A stretch of 64,000 bases of DNA from Smithellaceae bacterium (GTDB lineage Bacteria; Desulfobacterota; Syntrophia; Syntrophales; Smithellaceae): assembly GCA_963667845.2 (NCBI GenBank), contig CAXXVL010000002.1, forward strand, positions 2,656,001 to 2,720,000, in the 5' to 3' direction. This document shows positions 57,827 through 64,000 of the stretch, piece by piece; position 1 is the stretch's first letter, and each line of letters opens with the position of its first letter. Position numbers and translations under genes: made by a program. Under the pieces are notes generated by a model. The model did no database searches. It worked only from the letters and a program-made list of their open reading frames with translations, and had not been told where the DNA came from.

Positions 57827-58846
57827 TTAATAGGTTAAAGAAATATTTACCGACCCACCCCGCCCGAAAATATCATGCAGGTGGACATATCCTTTGAGTT
57901 TCTTCTTTTCGTTGACGACGGCCAGAGTGGTGATTTCTTTCTTCTGCATGAACTCCACCGTCTCCGCCAGAGATGCATTTTCATCAATGGTTTTAGGATT
58001 GGCCGTCATGATCTCGTCAATGGTGAGTCCCTCGAAGGATGTTCCGCTGTTGACCAGCCGTCGCACATCTCCGTCGGTCATGATGCCCAGCAGATTATTC
58101 CTGGTGTCTGTCACCAGAACGAATCCGACGTTCATCCGGTCGATTTCCGCAATAGCCTTCCTGGCGGATGTCTTGGTCCGCACGCGCGGAATTCTGTCGC
58201 CCACGACCATGGCGTCCCGGACGGTCGCTCTCAGCCTGGCGCCCAACGACCCGCCGGGGTGAAATTTATAAAAATCTGTTTCGCGGAATTTTCGCTTGTC
58301 GATCAGCGCAATGGCCAGAGCGTCTCCCATGGCCAGCGCTGCTGTGGAACTGGACGTGGGCGCCAGGCCGAAAGGGCAGGCTTCTTTTTCGACGGCCACG
58401 TCGATGACGATGTCGCTGTTTTTGGCGAGGGTCGACGAGAGCACGCCGGTAAACGAAATGATGGGCGCCCCGATAAATTTGACCGAGCTGATGATCGGCA
58501 TTAATTCCCGAGTTTCTCCGCTGTTCGAAATAGCCAACAAAATATCTTCTTTGGTTACAATTCCTAAATCGCCGTGAATGCCTTCCACGGGGTGCAGAAA
58601 GAGAGCCTGCGTTCCCGTGCTCGTCAGCGTGGCGACGATTTTCCGGCCGATTAAACCGGATTTTCCGATTCCGGTGATAATAACGCGACCCTTGCACTGA
58701 AAGATCAGATCAACAGCCCGCGTAAAATTCCCATTAATTTTATCCAGCAGACTCAAGATGCTCTGCGCTTCGATTCTTAATACTTCTTTAGCGAGTTCGA
58801 GAGTCTGTTTATTTTTGCCCATATCTTTGTCCTGCGCTTTACTCAT
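57827..58846 (-). CDS. kdsD: Arabinose-5-phosphate isomerase (KpsF/GutQ, SIS plus CBS domains)
   Basis: TGIGKSG, HGDLG, SNSGET, APTSSST, FHPGGSLG motifs and a CBS pair; start may be 58822. Confidence 0.92.
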   Translation of the reverse strand: MSKAQDKDMGKNKQTLELAKEVLRIEAQSILSLLDKINGNFTRAVDLIFQCKGRVIITGIGKSGLIGRKIVATLTSTGTQALFLHPVEGIHGDLGIVTKEDILLAISNSGETRELMPIISSVKFIGAPIISFTGVLSSTLAKNSDIVIDVAVEKEACPFGLAPTSSSTAALAMGDALAIALIDKRKFRETDFYKFHPGGSLGARLRATVRDAMVVGDRIPRVRTKTSARKAIAEIDRMNVGFVLVTDTRNNLLGIMTDGDVRRLVNSGTSFEGLTIDEIMTANPKTIDENASLAETVEFMQKKEITTLAVVNEKKKLKGYVHLHDIFGRGGSVNISLTY

Positions 58847-59000
58847 TTTGCCCCGTTTCAAGGGGTAGGGCAAAACTAGCAAAAAAAGCCGGACAAAACA
58901 AGAATCAATTGATGATTGACAGATCCGTTAAAATAAATCATGGTTTCGCGCGGTATTATTTGTTAAACGTATCGTATTCTGATCGGAAGTGATTGTAATT

Positions 59001-59777
59001 ATGAAAGCTGTTTTTATATCCGATGCTCACCTGAAACTGGCTGCAGACGAACGGTACGTTCAGCTTATTCATTTCCTGGCTGATCTGTGTGAGGGGAAGA
59101 TAAGATCACTTGTCGATGCCGGGGAACCGGGACCTGAGAAAACAGCCATTGATGACCTCTATATTCTTGGCGATTTTTTTGATTTCTGGTTTTGCATAAA
59201 GGATCATATCCATCCTGAATTCCGACCGGTGATCAGCAAACTGATCGAATTGCAGAAAAGTGGTGTGCGCATCCATTTGTGCGAAGGGAATCATGATTTC
59301 TTTATGAAAGAATATTTTCATGACGTGCTGGGCATGGAAGTCTTTGAAGAATGGGCGGACATCAAACTGGATCAGTTGCGGGTGCTCGTTGCTCACGGGG
59401 ATACCGCCGATCATTCTGATCGGATCTACCTGATGTTTCGCAAAATTCTTCGGAGCCGTCCCTTTTATCATATTCAGCGCTTTGTTCCCGCATCGCTTCG
59501 CTGGCTATTGGCCGGTCTGACCTCCAATGCCAGCAAGCAGTTAAATGATGATAACAGCGATTATCTGGTTGAGAAAATGCTTTCCTTTGCGAAGAAGAAA
59601 TTCAGCTCTGATTACGATGCCGTTATCCTTGGCCACTGTCATAAACCAGTGCTGCGCTATTTTGATATGGAGGGAAAGAACAGGGCGTTTGTCACTCTGG
59701 GCGACTGGATCAGACACTATTCTTTTCTCTACTATGAAAACGGCAAATTCTTTATGCGTTATTACCTGCCGCAATAA
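59001..59777 (+). CDS. lpxH: UDP-2,3-diacylglucosamine hydrolase (calcineurin-like metallophosphoesterase)
   Basis: ISDAHL, LGDFFDFW, EGNHD, AHGD, LGHCH and LGDW motifs. Confidence 0.85.
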   Translation: MKAVFISDAHLKLAADERYVQLIHFLADLCEGKIRSLVDAGEPGPEKTAIDDLYILGDFFDFWFCIKDHIHPEFRPVISKLIELQKSGVRIHLCEGNHDFFMKEYFHDVLGMEVFEEWADIKLDQLRVLVAHGDTADHSDRIYLMFRKILRSRPFYHIQRFVPASLRWLLAGLTSNASKQLNDDNSDYLVEKMLSFAKKKFSSDYDAVILGHCHKPVLRYFDMEGKNRAFVTLGDWIRHYSFLYYENGKFFMRYYLPQ

Positions 59778-60016
59778 TTTTCATGATGTCATCAGTAGGG
59801 TTGCCCGGATGAACGAAAAACTGGACAGATTTCCTTCTTTATGCTAGGAAACCCGATCTTTTTATATAGAAGGACATCGCGAATCTCCGGGAATTTGTTT
59901 AATCCCGCTTTTGCGGGACGAGCGTTAATTCTCCGTAGCTTGCTGCGAGGTGGTTGATCAGTTCCCCAAACGTTTATAAACACGCTGATTCGCATCAGCG
60001 GCCATGAAAAATAAGG

Positions 60017-60871
60017 ATGAGAATTATGAATTTCGGGGGGATCTATCCGGCATGTTCACTTAAGGACGCTCAGTTTGTTGTCATTCCGGTTCCCTATGAC
60101 CTGACGTCGACCTATCAGCCCGGCAGTCGCCGTGGACCGGCCGCAATAATCGAAGCTTCCACCAATATGGAACTCTATGACGAAGAGTTGAAGAAAGAAA
60201 CATACTTGGCCGGGATTCATACGACTCTGCCGGTGACGGTGGATGCCCGCGGACCGAAAAATATGGTCAATGCCGTGCGCAAGAAAATCAGCCGCGTGAT
60301 TGCATTGGATAAAATTCCGGTCATGTTGGGCGGGGAACACAGCATATCACTTGGAGCCGTGCAGGCCGTCCATGAACGATATCCGAAGCTGACTGTCCTG
60401 CAAATGGACGCTCATGCCGATTTGCGCGACAGTTATCAGGGTACACCCTATAATCACGCCTGCGTGGCCAGAAGGATTACCGAAATTTGTCCTTTGGTAC
60501 AGGTCGGCATTCGCAGCATGAGCAAGGAAGAAGGAGATTATCTGCCGCAAAGCAAGGTCAAGTCTTACAGTGCCGACTACGTTTTGGAGAATGGCAAATG
60601 GGCCCAAACCGTCTGTAAAGATTTGCGCGGGGATGTCTTCATTACCATCGATCTGGATGTATTCGATCCATCGATCATGTCCGCAACCGGTACGCCCGAG
60701 CCCGGAGGCCTTGCCTGGCGCGAGGTTCTGCAGCTGCTGCGCCTGGTTTCGCAAAAGTGCGATATTCGCGGTTTTGACGTTGTCGAGTTGGCGCCGCTGC
60801 CGGGAGTGGTCGCCCCGGATTTCATGGCTGCCAAACTGATCTATCGATTAATGGGTTACATCACCGAATAG
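60017..60871 (+). CDS. speB: Agmatinase
   Basis: GGEHSIS, DAHADLR, DLDVFDP and GTPEPGG motifs. Confidence 0.93.
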   Translation: MRIMNFGGIYPACSLKDAQFVVIPVPYDLTSTYQPGSRRGPAAIIEASTNMELYDEELKKETYLAGIHTTLPVTVDARGPKNMVNAVRKKISRVIALDKIPVMLGGEHSISLGAVQAVHERYPKLTVLQMDAHADLRDSYQGTPYNHACVARRITEICPLVQVGIRSMSKEEGDYLPQSKVKSYSADYVLENGKWAQTVCKDLRGDVFITIDLDVFDPSIMSATGTPEPGGLAWREVLQLLRLVSQKCDIRGFDVVELAPLPGVVAPDFMAAKLIYRLMGYITE

Positions 60872-60897
60872 ATAAACCCTTAAACAAATTATTTTAC

Positions 60898-61461
60898 ATG
60901 GAGATAAAAAAATTGAATCCGAGTGTTCCCAGAAAAATATTCTTTACAAAAGGCGTCGGCGCCCACAAAGAAGAATTGCATTCCTTTGAATTGGCGCTGC
61001 GCGACGCAGGCATCGAAAAGTGTAATCTGGTGCAGGTATCCAGCATATTTCCGCCGGGATGCAAAGTGATTTCCAAAGCGCAGGGCATTAAAGAACTGCA
61101 GCCGGGTGCGATTACCTACTGCGTGATGAGCAGGTGCTGCAGCAATGAGCCCCGCCGGCTTCTTGCGGCGTCGGTCGGTCTGGCTATTCCCGCCGATAAG
61201 AAAACATATGGCTATATCAGCGAACATCACGCGTTTGGACGAACGGAAAAAGAGACCGGCGATTATGCGGAAGATCTGGCTGCCGCTATGCTGGCGTCTA
61301 CGCTGGGCATCGATTTTGATATTGATGAAAGCTGGGACGAGAAAAAAGAAATCTTCAAGATCAGCGGCAAGATCGTCAGTACGCGCAATATCACTCAGTC
61401 AACCATTGTCAAGAGCAATTGGTATACGACCGTTGTCGCAGCTGCGGTTTTCATCTTCTGA
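60898..61461 (+). CDS. pdaD: Pyruvoyl-dependent arginine decarboxylase
   Basis: SFELALRDAGI..NLVQVS-SIFP autocleavage site, GYISEHH; adjacent to agmatinase. Confidence 0.88.
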   Translation: MEIKKLNPSVPRKIFFTKGVGAHKEELHSFELALRDAGIEKCNLVQVSSIFPPGCKVISKAQGIKELQPGAITYCVMSRCCSNEPRRLLAASVGLAIPADKKTYGYISEHHAFGRTEKETGDYAEDLAAAMLASTLGIDFDIDESWDEKKEIFKISGKIVSTRNITQSTIVKSNWYTTVVAAAVFIF

Positions 61462-61546
61462 ACAAGAATAGCGCCCAATGTTCAAATAACTCCTTGACAA
61501 ACAAGGGAGATAATGGTCTAAGGTCAGTTCTTCAAACATGTTCTGT

Positions 61547-61623
<77 letters not shown>

Positions 61624-61631
61624 ATAAAATT

Positions 61632-61664
61632 AAGGGGTTGGTGAAAAAACGCCAGCCCCTTTTT
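61632..61664 (+). terminator. Rho-independent terminator
   Basis: AAGGGGTTGGTG-aaaaa-CGCCAGCCCCTT stem followed by a T run. Confidence 0.8.
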
Positions 61665-61755
61665 CTATTCGGGTGTAACCTTCCTTGCCTCCGGCAGATA
61701 GACAGTGATTAACCGGAAATCTCTTATCACGCTGTAAAAATCGCCCAACACTCAA

Positions 61756-62514
61756 TTATCCGAGGGCCGAATAACCGCCGTCAACGGGAATCGCCGCGCC
61801 GGTGATGAAATCCGCCGCCGAACTGGCCAGGAAAACGGCCACACCTGCCAGATCATCGGCACTGCCCCATTTACCGGCCGGTGTCCGGGCAATGACGCGC
61901 TCGTTCAACCCGCAAACGGCCTGTCGGGCCTGTTGTGTCAGCTCGGTATCTATCCAGCCGGGTAAAATGGCGTTAACCTGGATAGCATCAACGGCCCAAG
62001 CCGTGGCCATCGATTTGGTTAGTTGAACGATGCCGCCTTTGCTGGAGCTGTATGCCGGCGCGTAAGGAGAGCCAAAGATGGAGAGCATTGATCCAATATT
62101 AATAATCTTGCCGCCTCCATTCTGCTTCATGTATGGATAGGCGGCACGAGCGCAGAGAAAGGCACTGGTCAGATTGGTATCCAGCACTTGCCGCCATTCT
62201 TCCAAAGCCAAATCTTGAACAGGTTTCCGTATGCTCATCCCGGCATTATTGATCAGGATGTCAATCTTACCGTATTGCCGGTTGGTTTCAGAGACCATGT
62301 CGGCTACCGATTGCTCACCCCGTACGTCCACCTCGATGGCAAGCGCCTCAGCGCCCAGGGCTTGCAAATCAAGAACCGCCGCCCGGGACTTCTCCTTATT
62401 CCGTGCCGCAATGACGATTTTCGCCCCGGCCTGAGCCAATCCACGAGCCATACCAAGCCCAATTCCACCGTTGCCACCGGTGACGATGGCCACTTTTCCT
62501 TTTATATTAAACAT
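61756..62514 (-). CDS. Short-chain dehydrogenase/reductase (KduD/FabG-like)
   Basis: TGGNGGIG, NNAG, YSSSK and NAILPG motifs. Confidence 0.9.
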   Translation of the reverse strand: MFNIKGKVAIVTGGNGGIGLGMARGLAQAGAKIVIAARNKEKSRAAVLDLQALGAEALAIEVDVRGEQSVADMVSETNRQYGKIDILINNAGMSIRKPVQDLALEEWRQVLDTNLTSAFLCARAAYPYMKQNGGGKIINIGSMLSIFGSPYAPAYSSSKGGIVQLTKSMATAWAVDAIQVNAILPGWIDTELTQQARQAVCGLNERVIARTPAGKWGSADDLAGVAVFLASSAADFITGAAIPVDGGYSALG

Positions 62515-62721
62515 GATTCGATTCCTCGATTCCGCCAATGGTTTTGGCCATTTTTTTCTTCTATTCCAGATTGCCTTGCCGGGCGATCATGATGCGCTGC
62601 GCTTGGGGCGGAGATCCCGCGCCGTGCATCGATTGGTCCGGTAGCTGACCGCTGCCGTTCCCCGGGTAAGGTTTTCAACCAGACGCAGAGTACTGAACCG
62701 GTCTTCACAGGATGCGGGGCA

Positions 62722-63486
62722 TCAGATTTGCGATGCAAAAAGAGCCGCTCCCAGCGCTCCCATCAGTTGCGGATTTTCCGCGACGACAATCTTTTCTCCA
62801 ATTTCTTTTTCAAGAGCGTCGACAACCCCTTTATTCAGGGCCACACCACCCGTCATTACCACGTCTAGCATCATCCCGACTCTGCTTCCCAGTCCCGCCA
62901 CTCTTTTGGCGACGGCTCTATGCGCCCCTTTGGCCACGTTTTCCCGTTTCGCTCCGGACGCCATCTGAGAAATAACCTCCGATTCGGCAAAGACGGTGCA
63001 GGTATTGCTGATAATGATTTCTTCCGTGGCATGATCGGAAAGCTTTGCCAGATTGTCGATGCCGCAGTCCAGAATTCTGGCCATAACCTCCAGAAATCTG
63101 CCCGTACCGGCGGCGCACTTCTCATTCATGACAAAATTTTCCACTTTGCCGTTTGCATCCAGACGGATAATTTTTGCATCCTGCCCGCCGATATCGATCA
63201 CGGTTCTGGCATTCGGCATCAGGTGAGCCACTCCTTTGGCATGACAACTGATTTCGGTGATCTGTTTATCCGCCCGGTCATATGTTATTCTTCCATAACC
63301 CGTAACGACTGCGGCCTTAATCTGTTCGCGGTCAATCCCGGCTTCCCGCAGGGCTGCCGTTATAGCCTTATCGGGGCCCTGTGTTCCGGCCCCCGTATTG
63401 ATCACCGCTTTGCCCATTATTTTTTTCTGTTCGTTTATAATAACCGCCTTTGAGGAAGACGACCCGATATCAATGCCTAAAAACAC
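62722..63486 (-). CDS. 2-hydroxyacyl-CoA dehydratase activase (HgdC/BadF-type ATPase)
   Basis: GIDIGSSSSK, TGYGR, DIGGQD, NEKCAAGTGRF and CTVFAESE motifs. Confidence 0.93.
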   Translation of the reverse strand: MFLGIDIGSSSSKAVIINEQKKIMGKAVINTGAGTQGPDKAITAALREAGIDREQIKAAVVTGYGRITYDRADKQITEISCHAKGVAHLMPNARTVIDIGGQDAKIIRLDANGKVENFVMNEKCAAGTGRFLEVMARILDCGIDNLAKLSDHATEEIIISNTCTVFAESEVISQMASGAKRENVAKGAHRAVAKRVAGLGSRVGMMLDVVMTGGVALNKGVVDALEKEIGEKIVVAENPQLMGALGAALFASQI

Positions 63487-63527
63487 TTTTGCTCCCTTCC
63501 GATGGATAATCCATGCGGTTGCCGTTT

Positions 63528-64000
63528 TTATTTGATCATTTCCGCAAAGCTCTGAATTCTCGTCCTGATCTGCTGGGCCGAATCAATTTTTTGTTCGATT
63601 TCCAGATACAAAATGGGAATCCCGGCAGCTTCAAGTTCCTTCTTATATATCGGATAGTCAAATTCTTCCGGATTGCAAAATTTCATCATAGAAACAACAA
63701 CACCGTCGGCTTTATTTTCTCTGACCAGATCAATCAGTATCTTCCCGTGTAATTTTGCTTCGTCATACAAGAGTGAGCATCCCTCATGATCCGCCATCCG
63801 ATAGGCCAGTTTCTCGAGAGCCGTTCCTTCGTTGCGGACGCTGGTTCTGAATTGTCTTGACTCCTGCGCCAGATCGTCTGCAACAAAAGCGATATGGTTC
63901 TGTACAAAAGCATCGAGTAATGCATCCGTCTCGGCAAGAATGCCTGTTATTACGACTTTTATTCCGTCAAATGTTTCAGCGGGAAGTTTATTCAATTCTT
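63528..64000 (-). CDS. 2-hydroxyacyl-CoA dehydratase subunit (HgdB/FldC-like), 5'-truncated by the window edge
   Basis: DDLAQESRQFR, ADGVV..MMKFCNPEEFDYP and RTRIQSFAE motifs; adjacent to the activase. Confidence 0.88.
   Translation of the reverse strand, partial: ELNKLPAETFDGIKVVITGILAETDALLDAFVQNHIAFVADDLAQESRQFRTSVRNEGTALEKLAYRMADHEGCSLLYDEAKLHGKILIDLVRENKADGVVVSMMKFCNPEEFDYPIYKKELEAAGIPILYLEIEQKIDSAQQIRTRIQSFAEMIK

Overview
The window looks like chromosome from an anaerobic, syntrophic fatty-acid-degrading deltaproteobacterium (Syntrophus/Smithella-like; inferred from gene content only). The flanks are housekeeping and metabolic. Left flank: partial diadenylate cyclase, clpB, DUF1844, ispE, tRNA-Gln, prs, rplY, pth, a membrane pyrophosphatase, then a CoA-transferase divergent from a TAXI-TRAP transporter. 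Right flank: fadN/fadB-like and thiolase genes, tRNA-Val, GT2 plus methyltransferase, gamma-carbonic-anhydrase-like gene, kdsD, lpxH, speB-pdaD, tRNA-fMet, an SDR, and a 2-hydroxyacyl-CoA dehydratase activator and subunit. The centre (~14.9-50.2 kb) is a co-oriented ~35-kb accessory locus. In order it holds: an orphan T2SS-type secretin (GspD-like); a Sec-signal, transglutaminase-fold (catalytic Cys->Asp) / Ig / RHS polymorphic toxin split by a single -1 frameshift that overlaps an in-frame A_AAA_AAC slippery heptamer; an AT-rich toxin tip (GHG...WAAC) and a probable immunity gene; an intact IS3-family element (IRs plus CCC duplication) next to a RAYT remnant and REP-like hairpins; a small PilP/GspC-HR-like exported protein; a 5,736-aa multidomain exported protein (HExxH zincin, QW alpha-toroid, CARDB, FlgD-Ig, two beta-propellers, Fn3, discoidin); and a GT-C/PMT-like membrane glycosyltransferase. 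This locus is the best candidate for an undescribed secretin-dependent surface or toxin-delivery system. No CRISPR array, rRNA or prophage was seen. All family assignments come from motif recognition by eye, not from database searches.
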